This document shows positions 28,832 to 37,915 of a stretch of 51,885 bases of DNA, piece after piece. The stretch lies in assembly GCA_038322655.1 (NCBI GenBank), contig JBBQGD010000003.1, positions 1 to 51,885 on the forward strand, read 5' to 3'. Both the position numbers and the translations under genes were made by a program. The DNA comes from Bacteroidales bacterium (GTDB lineage: Bacteria; Bacteroidota; Bacteroidia; Bacteroidales; UBA4417). Position 1 is the first letter of the stretch, and each line of letters starts with the position of its first letter. Below the pieces are notes generated by a model. That model searched no databases, had not been told where the DNA came from, and saw only the letters and a program-made list of their open reading frames with translations.

Positions 28832-30091
28832 CTATACCAGTTGCAATCTGTTCGAATCCTGCTTGATAAAGATAAAAAGTAAAATGGTGAAAGCCCATAA
28901 CGAAGAGCCTCCGTAGCTGAAAAATGGCAGGGGAATACCAATTACGGGCATAAGTCCGATGGTCATACCGACATTAACAAAGAAATGGAAAAATAATATG
29001 GATGCAACTCCATACCCGTATATCCGGCTGAATTCCGAGCGTTGTCGCTCGGCCATCATCACAATACGCACAATCAGCGCCAGAAACAGCAGGATTACCA
29101 GTGTTGATCCAATAAATCCCCATTCTTCGCCAACGGTACAAAAAATAAAGTCGGTACTTTGTTCAGGTACAAAGTTGAACTTGGTTTGTGTTCCTTTAAG
29201 GAAACCTTTACCCCAGAAACCGCCGGAGCCAATTGCTATTTTGGATTGATTAACATTATATCCGGCACCTTTCAAGTCTATTTGTTTGCCAAGCAGCACA
29301 TTAATACGTGTTTTCTGATGGGGCTCAAGCACATTTTCGAAAGCGTAATTCACACTGAGAACAAACATTGAAGCCACAATAAAAATCCCGAAAACCTTTA
29401 CAATGTTTTGCCATGTCCGTCGTATAAAGAAAACAAAGACAGTCAGTAAAACTCCTATTACAGCAATAATAATGTATTGGTTAAAGAGCAATGCCATAAT
29501 AGATAGAATAGCTACGGCAACGCCAAGTAACAGAATACTTCCGGGCATTCCCTGCCGGTACAATACCAGCGCTAACGAAGCATATACAATAGCCGAGCCT
29601 GTATCATTCTGGAGCAGGATTAGCAATGCCGGAAGAGCCAGGATCAATAAAGGAATGATTTGTGATTTTCGTTTCCGGTTGTCAAAATCCAAAGCACTAA
29701 GGTAATGAGCCAAAGCCAGAGTGGTTGCAAACTTAGCGAACTCAGCAGGTTGAAGTCTAAAATCACCAATCTGGAACCATGATTTTGATCCGGCAATTTC
29801 CTTGCCGGCAACCAATACAATTACAAGCATTAAGATTGTTACTATATAAATCGGGTATGCAAATGCATTGAAAAATTTCGCATCGGTGAGTATTATCATT
29901 AATCCCAGTAATAGTGACGTTCCGATCCATAGCATTTGTTTCCCGTAGGATTGCGATAAATCAAAGATGCTTGAATGTTCATTGTTGTATACTGCAGCAT
30001 AAATACTCACCCAACCCATCAGCACCAGTGTCAGGTATAAAAGTACCAGTGTGCGGTCGATATGTCGGAATATACCTTTTTGTTCTTTCAA
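28832..30091 (-). CDS. rodA: Rod shape-determining SEDS glycosyltransferase RodA
   Basis: GSKSW, LQPAEFAK, QNDTG, GYNVNQSKIAIGSGG, PEQSTDFIF, SYGGSS; overlaps the mrdA stop. Confidence 0.96.
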   Translation of the reverse strand: MKEQKGIFRHIDRTLVLLYLTLVLMGWVSIYAAVYNNEHSSIFDLSQSYGKQMLWIGTSLLLGLMIILTDAKFFNAFAYPIYIVTILMLVIVLVAGKEIAGSKSWFQIGDFRLQPAEFAKFATTLALAHYLSALDFDNRKRKSQIIPLLILALPALLILLQNDTGSAIVYASLALVLYRQGMPGSILLLGVAVAILSIMALLFNQYIIIAVIGVLLTVFVFFIRRTWQNIVKVFGIFIVASMFVLSVNYAFENVLEPHQKTRINVLLGKQIDLKGAGYNVNQSKIAIGSGGFWGKGFLKGTQTKFNFVPEQSTDFIFCTVGEEWGFIGSTLVILLFLALIVRIVMMAERQRSEFSRIYGYGVASILFFHFFVNVGMTIGLMPVIGIPLPFFSYGGSSLWAFTILLFIFIKQDSNRLQLV

Positions 30092-31899
30092 TTGTTCAGT
30101 AGATTATAATTTATCATTTTTTCTTCAAGATCTTTACGTTTCACTTTGCGTGTAATGTATTTTTCAATCATCAGTGAAGCGATAGGAGCAGCATACGTGG
30201 AACCAAAGCCTGCATTTTCAACAATCACACAAATGGCAATTTTAGGATTATCAACCGGCGCAAAAGCTATAAAGTTCGAATGCGGCTTTCCATGTGGGTT
30301 GTCAGCAGTGCCGGTTTTACCTGCCATGGGAATACTATCAATTTTCCATGCCCTAGCAGTTCCATGCTCACCGGCAAACACCTCGATCATGCCCTGTCGG
30401 ACTACGTCAACATATTCAACATTAATGGTCGAAACGTTTTTTTGTGATGAGAATTTGGTTTTTTCATTACCAACGGATCTTACCACATGCGGCGGGTAAA
30501 AAAATCCCTGGTTAGCAACAAGGCATGCATAATTAACTAATTGCAGGGGAGTAGCCAGTATTTCGCCTTGCCCGATCGAAAGCGACCGGATAGTCATAGC
30601 ATTCCAACTTCCTCTGCCGTATATTTTATCAAAGACATCGGAAGGAGGAAGATTACCCTTCAGTTCAAAAGACAGATCCGTATTCAACATGCGGCCAAAT
30701 CCCATGCTCATCAGGTGATTACGCCATACATCGTAACGCTCTTTTACCGTATTGTAATCCGGGTCATTCATAATTGCCCTGAACACCTGCCAGTGGAAAG
30801 GATTGCATGATTGCTGAATAGCCATATACACATCGAGGGGCGAAACATGGTTGTGGGTACACCTTATAGGCGATGAAGCTGGCCCCTGGCATGTAAAACG
30901 CGTATCCTTGGTTATAACACCCATTTGCAAGCCAACCATATCGTTTGCCATTTTAAAAGTAGATCCCGGCGGATATTGCCCCATAATAGCCCGGTTAAGT
31001 AAAGGCTTGATAGGGTCTTTGTTGAGTTCATTAAAATTTTTACCTCTTACTCTTCCTACCAATAGGTTGGGGTCATAGCCAGGACTTGACAAAAAGCAAA
31101 GTAATTCGCCTGTGGCAGGATCAATAGCAACAATACTTCCACGCTTGTTAGCCATAAGTTTTTCACCATATTCCTGTAAATCGGCATCAATGCCGGTATA
31201 CAGATCGTGGCCCATTACTGATGCCGTGTCATAGCGCCCATTTTCAAAACTGCCTACATCGCGGTTAAAAACATCAACCATTCGAATTTTCAATCCCTTG
31301 ATCCCGCGTAATTCTTTTTCATAGGTGCGTTCAATGCCGCTGATACCAATATAATCACCTTGTTTATAATATGGATTTTTTTCGACCTGAGCCGGTGTTA
31401 CCTCACCAATATAACCTAAAAGGTGAGCGCCAATTGACATTGGGTATTTTCGCAGGGTACGCGGCTGAACAAAGAAGCCCCTGAAGCGGTATAGTTTTTC
31501 CTCAATATATCCGTAGGTTTGTTTCGATATCTGATTTTCAAACGGAGATGCCAGCATAGGTGAATAATCACGAGCTTTTTTCATGCGTTCATCAAATCCT
31601 TCCCTGGTAATATCCAGCAACCGGCATATCTCAGCAGTATCAATATTTTTTACCTGGCGTGGAATCACCATCAGGTCATAAACGGCTTCATTATATAAAA
31701 GCAATTTTCCGTTACGGTCGTAAATTAGTCCTCGTGCCGGGAATTGAGTAACATACCTAAGTACATTGTTATTGGCCGATAGTGTATAACTCCTGTCGAT
31801 TACCTGGATGTAAAACAACCTTATAAGATAGATAAAGCCAATTACCAGGAAGGTTGTGATAATGACAATTTTACGATCAGCATAAATGCGGTTGGCCAT
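30088..31899 (-). CDS. mrdA: Penicillin-binding protein 2
   Basis: N-terminal TM, PARGLIYDRNG, SxxK (STFK), SxN (SCN), KTG; ATG 31899 preferred because the longer frame spans the promoter. Confidence 0.96.
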   Translation of the reverse strand: MANRIYADRKIVIITTFLVIGFIYLIRLFYIQVIDRSYTLSANNNVLRYVTQFPARGLIYDRNGKLLLYNEAVYDLMVIPRQVKNIDTAEICRLLDITREGFDERMKKARDYSPMLASPFENQISKQTYGYIEEKLYRFRGFFVQPRTLRKYPMSIGAHLLGYIGEVTPAQVEKNPYYKQGDYIGISGIERTYEKELRGIKGLKIRMVDVFNRDVGSFENGRYDTASVMGHDLYTGIDADLQEYGEKLMANKRGSIVAIDPATGELLCFLSSPGYDPNLLVGRVRGKNFNELNKDPIKPLLNRAIMGQYPPGSTFKMANDMVGLQMGVITKDTRFTCQGPASSPIRCTHNHVSPLDVYMAIQQSCNPFHWQVFRAIMNDPDYNTVKERYDVWRNHLMSMGFGRMLNTDLSFELKGNLPPSDVFDKIYGRGSWNAMTIRSLSIGQGEILATPLQLVNYACLVANQGFFYPPHVVRSVGNEKTKFSSQKNVSTINVEYVDVVRQGMIEVFAGEHGTARAWKIDSIPMAGKTGTADNPHGKPHSNFIAFAPVDNPKIAICVIVENAGFGSTYAAPIASLMIEKYITRKVKRKDLEEKMINYNLLNN

Positions 31900-31949
31900 T
31901 GAGAAATTTAAATTGTATTCTGAACTGGAATAGCAGAAATTTGACGCTG

Positions 31950-31957
31950 CAAAAATA
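31950..31957 (-). promoter_or_regulatory. sigmaA -7 box for mrdA-rodA
   Basis: TATTTTTG followed by CAG on the minus strand, 50 nt before the ATG. Confidence 0.7.
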
Positions 31958-32012
31958 CAGAATACAGCGATCATAAATAGAAATAATTATATATTTATAT
32001 CAGTTTTAGAAT

Positions 32013-32048
32013 AAAAAAACCTGCTGAAGTATTTGTGCCTCAGCAGGT
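32013..32048 (-). terminator. Intrinsic terminator upstream of the mrdA promoter
   Basis: Minus strand ACCTGCTGA-ggcacaaatact-TCAGCAGGT followed by TTTTTT. Confidence 0.85.
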
Positions 32049-32120
32049 GATCATATAGTTGGGTAAACGGTGTTTTATATTTTTATGCTTGTAATAAGGT
32101 AAAATATTTTGTATTTGTAA
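32013..32120 (-). ncRNA. Candidate sRNA of about 105 nt
   Basis: Lies between an ECF-like promoter and a strong terminator; no meaningful ORF. Inference only. Confidence 0.4.
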
Positions 32121-32126
32121 CTATAT

Positions 32127-32152
32127 GACGATCAGATGAGAAAAAAGTTACA
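32127..32152 (-). promoter_or_regulatory. ECF-sigma-like promoter
   Basis: TGTAAC-N16-CGTC on the minus strand (AAC -35 / CGT -10 architecture). Confidence 0.5.
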
Positions 32153-32341
32153 GGTGAACTTTCAAAAAGCTGCCTCAATTAACAAATTTTATAGACTCGT
32201 TTTAGCACCAGTCATGCAGTTTCTGCAGCAAAAAGCACTCAGCATTTAAAAATTTGTATTTGTCAACCATTTTTCAAAGACAAACAATCAAAATGGTCAT
32301 TGGCAATAATGAATTGTTAATAGAATGGCTTTTTAAAGGGT

Positions 32342-33724
32342 TTAATGACTTCCCGAAACCAGGTCCTTAAATCGTTGATCCTGCTGGTAAGGTTTAAAAT
32401 CCGCATCTGATTTTAAGCGGTTAATGTCCTTAAATCCAAGATCAAAAGCCTGGTTCAATGCGGCGAATACTGCATCAGCATTGTGATTTAAAGCGGCTAC
32501 TTTAGCTGCCATGTACCGGTGTTCGGTATTGGTAGGATCAACGAGCCTGTATATCTCAATATATTTTTCAGCCGAAACTAGGTTCCCCCGTTTCAGAGCA
32601 TCGTTTGCATACATATAGCAATTCATACTCAGGAATGCAAGTACCCTTTGATAAACCTGGTTTTCTTCAGGCTTTCGGGATTGTTTGGTTAAGGAATGTA
32701 ATTGAGCGGCTTCATTTTTCCACCAATCCACATTTTTTAAATTTAATTCAGGCGAATAGTTTTGTTGTAATTCCTGTTCCAGGTCGAAGAGTTTTTGTTG
32801 CTGTTTCAGGTAAGTAATAACCTCTTTTTCTGATGATAATCTTTTGATTTCAGCCTGCAGTGGCTCAACATCCGTAAGTCCCTTGAGATAATGCAACATT
32901 TTAATATATACTGCCAGCTGCTCAGTAAGTTGTCCTTTAGATACCAGTGAATCGGCAATTTTATCATTTTTCTCAATAAACCGGTTAATTTCATTCCTAT
33001 CATCTGGTATTGCTTGTTGTCGCATAGCATCAAAACTTAGCCATGTGAAGATATCAGGAAGTATTTCTTTTGGCGGCCACTGGTGAATGCCGTTGAATAC
33101 TAACAAGTGATGCTGATAATGAGCTGCTTCAAGCATTTCATCAAGCTGCCTGATTTCCGTATAATTAAAATCCTGGTTTCCAACTACAGCCAGGTAGCTG
33201 AAAGGCCCTGCGGGATTCCGGTTTATTGCAGGTAAGCCCGCACCACATCCAACCACGCCTGCAATTCCTCCTTCGGTAATAGCCACAGCCCCGGCAACCC
33301 GCGATCCGCCCGAAAATCCGACAAGATAAATTGCTTTTTTCTCAATATCGAACCTGGCTGTGATATCAGCAAGCATTTTGTGGTAAATGGCAGTTGTTTG
33401 CTCAAAATCCATCCCGTTTTTTGAATTATTGGAGCCAGCTATTATAAAACCATTTTTCGCAGCTTCAGCATTGAAAAGATTAACCGGTAACAATCCGCTG
33501 CCATGGGGATCGAAAAGGATTAACAAAGGACAAGGCTTGTCTTTCTCGTATTTAGGTGGTAAAAACAAGGTATATGACAAGTTCGTATCTGCAGAGCATT
33601 TTACATCAGGATATACTTTTGAGTTTTCAAATTCATTGGTTTTTGATTGCTGTCCTGAAACGCACGAAACAGTTGTTAAAAGCAAAAGGCAAAATGAAAA
33701 AGTGAAATAAAATAATTTTGACAT
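32342..33724 (-). CDS. Lipoprotein alpha/beta-hydrolase with C-terminal TPR-like region
   Basis: Lipobox TVSC, GFSGG nucleophile elbow, GNQD and GIHQWP as likely Asp/His, helical C-terminus. Confidence 0.85.
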   Translation of the reverse strand: MSKLFYFTFSFCLLLLTTVSCVSGQQSKTNEFENSKVYPDVKCSADTNLSYTLFLPPKYEKDKPCPLLILFDPHGSGLLPVNLFNAEAAKNGFIIAGSNNSKNGMDFEQTTAIYHKMLADITARFDIEKKAIYLVGFSGGSRVAGAVAITEGGIAGVVGCGAGLPAINRNPAGPFSYLAVVGNQDFNYTEIRQLDEMLEAAHYQHHLLVFNGIHQWPPKEILPDIFTWLSFDAMRQQAIPDDRNEINRFIEKNDKIADSLVSKGQLTEQLAVYIKMLHYLKGLTDVEPLQAEIKRLSSEKEVITYLKQQQKLFDLEQELQQNYSPELNLKNVDWWKNEAAQLHSLTKQSRKPEENQVYQRVLAFLSMNCYMYANDALKRGNLVSAEKYIEIYRLVDPTNTEHRYMAAKVAALNHNADAVFAALNQAFDLGFKDINRLKSDADFKPYQQDQRFKDLVSGSH

Positions 33725-33800
33725 GACAAAGGTTTTTGAGAGAGAAAGATAAATTTTCTTCTACAAAGTTCGCTTTTTAATGTTTTGTAACAAAATAATG

Positions 33801-33808
33801 TATATTTG
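33801..33808 (+). promoter_or_regulatory. sigmaA -7 box for tnaA
   Basis: TATATTTG with TTTG at 33784-33787; implies a leader of about 150 nt. Confidence 0.65.
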
Positions 33809-33845
33809 GCATCTCACATTTTAAGGTACTATTCCTTTTTGCAAA

Positions 33846-33917
33846 ATGTTAAAGGTTAAAAGATTGATTTTTAGAAATATAAAAAGACGCGATGAGTTCG
33901 TGTGTTATTTTTTTTAA
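33846..33917 (+). CDS. Candidate 23-aa leader peptide
   Basis: MLKVKRLIFRNIKRRDEFVCYFF* inside the tnaA leader, A-rich start context (GCAAAATG). Translation unproven. Confidence 0.3.
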   Translation: MLKVKRLIFRNIKRRDEFVCYFF

Positions 33918-33965
33918 CTCATTATCGACCTCGTATTTTTATTATTTTTCTAAAGATTTAATACA

Positions 33966-35342
33966 ATGGAATTACCTTTTGCAGAACCATACAGGATTAA
34001 AATGGTGGAGTCCATCCGCTGCAGTACACGCCAGGAGCGTGAACAATGGATAAAGGATGCCGGTTACAATTTATTCAATCTCCGAAGCAACCAGGTTTTT
34101 ATTGACCTGCTGACCGACTCAGGTACCGGTGCCATGAGCGATAAACAATGGAGCGAGATTATGCTGGGTGACGAAAGTTACGCCGGGGCTACATCCTATT
34201 ATAAATTGAAATCAGCTATAAAGGATTTACTTGGCTTTGAGTATTTTCTTCCTACTCACCAGGGACGTGCAGCCGAAAATGTGCTCTTCAGTGCAATGGT
34301 TAAAGCCGGAGATGTAGTACCTGGCAATTCGCATTTTGATACTACCAAAGGTCATATCGAATTCCGTAAGGCCGAAGCCATCGATTGTACTATTGACGAA
34401 GCTTTTGATACCACTATCGATCATCCGTTCAAAGGGAACCTTGACCTGGGGAAACTTGAAGATGTTCTGAAAAAATATCCCCGTGAACAGGTTTCTATGA
34501 TTATTGTTACTGTTACCTGCAATTCATCAGGCGGACAACCAGTATCACTGGCTAACATAAAGGGAGTAAAACTATTGGCGGACAAATATAATATCCCTTT
34601 AATTTTCGATTCAGCGCGGTTTGCCGAAAATGCCTATTTTATTAAAACAAGGGAAGAAGGCCAGCAGGATCGTAGTATCCGCGAAATTGTAGCTGAAATG
34701 TTTTCGTATGCTGATGGCATGACCATGAGCAGTAAAAAAGATGCTATTGTCAATATTGGGGGGTTTATAGCCCTGCGCGATCCGGAACTTTTCAGACAGG
34801 CATCTGTATTCAATATTATGTTCGAAGGATTCCTGACTTACGGCGGGCTTGCCGGTCGCGATCTGAATGCCATTGCACAGGGTTTATACGAAGGAACCGA
34901 ATTCGATTACCTGAAATCCAGAATTAACCAGGTTGCAATGCTGGGTATGAAAATGACTGGTTTTGGCGTACCGGTACAGATGCCTTATGGAGGACATGCC
35001 ATTTTTGTTGATGCCGGCAAAGTGCTTTCGCATCTGCCAAAGGAACATTTCAGGGCACAGACACTCGCCGTTGAACTATATATCGAAGCTGGAGTAAGAG
35101 GAGTTGAAATCGGGGCCATTATGGCCGACCGCGATCCGGTTACGCGCGAGAACCGCTATCCGGAACTTGAATTGCTGAGACTTGCCGTTCCGCGCCGTAC
35201 CTATACCAACGATCATATGAATTATGTAGCAGTTGCCATGGGTAATGTGTATGAGCGTCGTCTTCAGATAACCACTGGTCTTGCTATTGTTGAGGAAGCG
35301 CCTATTCTCAGGCATTTTACAGTAAAATTGAGCAGAATCTAA
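33966..35342 (+). CDS. tnaA: Tryptophanase
   Basis: IDLLTDSGT, PTHQGRAAE, PLP lysine in MSSKKD. HFDTT, VEIG and LRHFT are the tryptophanase states; tyrosine phenol-lyase has FTTT, ERG and LRFFT. Confidence 0.9.
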   Translation: MELPFAEPYRIKMVESIRCSTRQEREQWIKDAGYNLFNLRSNQVFIDLLTDSGTGAMSDKQWSEIMLGDESYAGATSYYKLKSAIKDLLGFEYFLPTHQGRAAENVLFSAMVKAGDVVPGNSHFDTTKGHIEFRKAEAIDCTIDEAFDTTIDHPFKGNLDLGKLEDVLKKYPREQVSMIIVTVTCNSSGGQPVSLANIKGVKLLADKYNIPLIFDSARFAENAYFIKTREEGQQDRSIREIVAEMFSYADGMTMSSKKDAIVNIGGFIALRDPELFRQASVFNIMFEGFLTYGGLAGRDLNAIAQGLYEGTEFDYLKSRINQVAMLGMKMTGFGVPVQMPYGGHAIFVDAGKVLSHLPKEHFRAQTLAVELYIEAGVRGVEIGAIMADRDPVTRENRYPELELLRLAVPRRTYTNDHMNYVAVAMGNVYERRLQITTGLAIVEEAPILRHFTVKLSRI

Positions 35343-35371
35343 ACGCTAAATAGATAGGTTATTATTAATTT

Positions 35372-35437
35372 ACGATATACGAAGTACGATTTACGGATTT
35401 GCCTTGCAATCGTACTTCGTACTTCGTCAATCGTACT
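35372..35437. repeat. Inverted heptamer arrays forming a hairpin between convergent tnaA and SPFH genes
   Basis: ACGATAT ACGAAGT ACGATTT vs AATCGT ACTTCGT ACTTCGT CAATCGT; perfect 14-bp stem 35378-35391 / 35408-35421. Confidence 0.85.
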
Positions 35438-35481
35438 TTTTACTTATTATTTATTAGTGGTTTACAACCTGTATCCTGATT

Positions 35482-36381
35482 TTATTGCTTAACATAAGTA
35501 GTTGGCGGAGCATCTTTATCCATTTTGGATTTCAAAGGAATAACTCCTCCCATTTCACCCATAACATTTACCAGGTCGGAACCGGTAGGAACTACAATTT
35601 TTGAGTTATCCTTTAAGGAAGTTTCCATAGCCTGAATCCTCCGTAGCATCTGGGCATTTCCAACGAAATATTTCTCAGCGGCTTCATTTACCAATTGAAT
35701 GGCCTGTGCTTCACCTTCGGCACGAAGAATGGCACCTTGCTTGATCCCTTCGGCCCGGCGAATTTCGGCCCGTTTTTCACCATCAGCTTTAGTTTCGGTG
35801 GCAGTAGCATAGTCGATTGCTGCTATCTTTTCATTTTCAGCCTTTACAATTTTATTCATTGTTTCCTGCACATCTTTTGGCGGATCAATCTCTTTCAGCT
35901 CCGTACGCACTATTTCAATTCCCCAATTCATAGTTTCTTCAAGCAGCGTGCCGTGCAATTCCTTGTTAATTTTGCCACGTTCACTATTGGCCGATTTTAG
36001 GGTCATAGTACCAATAATATTACGTAAAGTAGTGCGAGCCAGATTCACGATCTGGTATTCGATGCTGTTTACATTGTACTGCGAGTTCTTTACGCTTTCC
36101 TCATCCGGTTTAATCTTGAAATAAACCTGTGCATCCACGCTTGCATTCAGGTTATCGTTGGTAATGATTTCCTGGGGATCGGCATTGACCATTTTTTCTG
36201 TGATGTTTATTTTGTACATCTTGTCGATCCCGGGGATGATCCAGTTAAAGCCCGGATTTGCGAAATGATGATATTTGCCAAGCCGCTCAACCAAAGCCCG
36301 GTTTGTAGGCCTGATAATACGAATGCCTGCCAAGAAAAACAGGATCACAATTCCAATGATAATAGGCAACAGATTTTCCAT
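35482..36381 (-). CDS. SPFH/Band-7 (stomatin-like) protein
   Basis: N-terminal TM, VERLGKY, QEIITNDN, TTLRNIIG, WGIEIVRTELKEIDPP, AEG repeats; -7 box TATATTTG at 36439-36446. Confidence 0.93.
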   Translation of the reverse strand: MENLLPIIIGIVILFFLAGIRIIRPTNRALVERLGKYHHFANPGFNWIIPGIDKMYKINITEKMVNADPQEIITNDNLNASVDAQVYFKIKPDEESVKNSQYNVNSIEYQIVNLARTTLRNIIGTMTLKSANSERGKINKELHGTLLEETMNWGIEIVRTELKEIDPPKDVQETMNKIVKAENEKIAAIDYATATETKADGEKRAEIRRAEGIKQGAILRAEGEAQAIQLVNEAAEKYFVGNAQMLRRIQAMETSLKDNSKIVVPTGSDLVNVMGEMGGVIPLKSKMDKDAPPTTYVKQ

Positions 36382-36626
36382 GATGGTAGTTTTAAAATTG
36401 ATTTATTACAATTTGAATTAACAGATTTTGCTTAGGTACAAATATAAATCCTTTATATACGTAATTGAATAAATTTTTTGAAAATAATTGATTGAATTTT
36501 GAAATAACTCTCATTTAATATTCCTTGTTGACGAGGCTTTATCTAACACTACAACAGTTTCTCTCATTTTTAAATTCCTAAATAATTCTTTACCTTCGCA
36601 AATCAGAATTTTCAAATCCTTATCAT

Positions 36627-37886
36627 ATGAAAAACATTGATACTTACGATTTTACCGGGAAACGTGCCCTGATCCGGGTCGACTTTAACGTTCCGTTAGA
36701 CGATAATCAGAAAATTACCGACACCACACGTATTGATGCCGCTTTACCGACAATCCGTAAAATACTTGCAAGTGGTGGTTCAACCATACTTTGTTCGCAC
36801 CTTGGCAGGCCCAAGAAAAAAGGCGAACCAAAACTATCGCTTCGCCACTTGCTTCCATACCTGGAGCAAGTGCTTAATACAACTGTTAAATTTGCTGACG
36901 ATTGCATGGGCCAATCCGCTGTTGACGTTTCAGCATCGCTCAAACCCGGCGAAGTGCTTTTACTCGAAAACCTTCGTTATTACGAGGAAGAAGAAGGAAA
37001 GGCCCGTTTGCCCGAAACCGCAACTGACGAAGAAAAAGCGGCTGCCAAAGTTCGTGTAAAGGCTTCACAGAAAGAGTTTACCAAGAAACTGGCCAGCTAT
37101 GCCGATTGTTATGTGAATGATGCATATGGTACGGCTCACCGGGCTCATGCTTCCACAGCTTTGATCGCTGCATATTTCCCCAACGATAAAATGTTCGGCT
37201 ACCTGATGAATAATGAAGTCAGCAACATTACCAAGGTATTGCACGAAGCACAACATCCGTTTACAGCAGTGCTTGGCGGAGCTAAGGTCTCAAGCAAAAT
37301 CGAGATTATCAATAACCTGTTAAGCAAAGTTGATAACCTAATTATTGGTGGCGGAATGATGTTTACTTTTATAAAAGCCAAAGGTGGTAAAATCGGCGGA
37401 TCACTGGTTGAAAACGAATACCTCGAACTTGCAAAAAACATTATGGCCGGTGCCGAAGAACTGGGTGTTAAAATACTTATTCCATCCGATGCTATGATTG
37501 CTAATGCTTTTGCTGATGATGCCGAGCGCAAAGTCTGCAAATCCGATGAGATTCCCGACGGCTGGCTGGGAATGGATATTGGCCCTGACACGATCAAACA
37601 TTTCAGCGAAGTGCTGGTAGGTTCAAAAACCATTTTGTGGAACGGACCAATGGGTGTTTTCGAAATGTGTAACTTCCAGAAAGGAACAAAAGAAATCGCC
37701 CTGGCAATAGCTGAATCAACGAAACAAGGCGGGTTTTCACTGGTAGGCGGTGGTGACTCAGTTGCAGCTGTAAATAAATTCAAACTTGCAGATAAAGTAA
37801 GTTATGTTTCCACCGGTGGCGGTGCCATGCTCGAATCCATCGAAGGGAAAGTGCTGCCGGGAGTAAAGGCTATACTGGAAGATTAA
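36627..37886 (+). CDS. pgk: Phosphoglycerate kinase
   Basis: [40 protein letters not shown]. Confidence 0.98.
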   Translation: MKNIDTYDFTGKRALIRVDFNVPLDDNQKITDTTRIDAALPTIRKILASGGSTILCSHLGRPKKKGEPKLSLRHLLPYLEQVLNTTVKFADDCMGQSAVDVSASLKPGEVLLLENLRYYEEEEGKARLPETATDEEKAAAKVRVKASQKEFTKKLASYADCYVNDAYGTAHRAHASTALIAAYFPNDKMFGYLMNNEVSNITKVLHEAQHPFTAVLGGAKVSSKIEIINNLLSKVDNLIIGGGMMFTFIKAKGGKIGGSLVENEYLELAKNIMAGAEELGVKILIPSDAMIANAFADDAERKVCKSDEIPDGWLGMDIGPDTIKHFSEVLVGSKTILWNGPMGVFEMCNFQKGTKEIALAIAESTKQGGFSLVGGGDSVAAVNKFKLADKVSYVSTGGGAMLESIEGKVLPGVKAILED

Positions 37887-37915
37887 TTGAAATAAATTTT
37901 GCATTGAGTAATTTG

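Noticed and set aside
28850-28859. GTTCGAATCC, tRNA T-loop-like
   Set aside because: Inside the rodA coding sequence with no cloverleaf around it.
31900-31974. Longer N-termini given by the ORF track (mrdA 31974; also 1700, 3425, 12224, 23997, 46095)
   Set aside because: Extensions overlap promoter boxes or neighbouring genes; downstream ATGs fit the family N-termini better.
33846-33917. Calling the uORF tnaC
   Set aside because: Lacks the Trp, spaced Asp and terminal Pro required for TnaC arrest; kept only as an unnamed candidate.
33966-35342. Tyrosine phenol-lyase assignment
   Set aside because: Diagnostic positions (FDTT, VEIG, LRHF) are tryptophanase-type.
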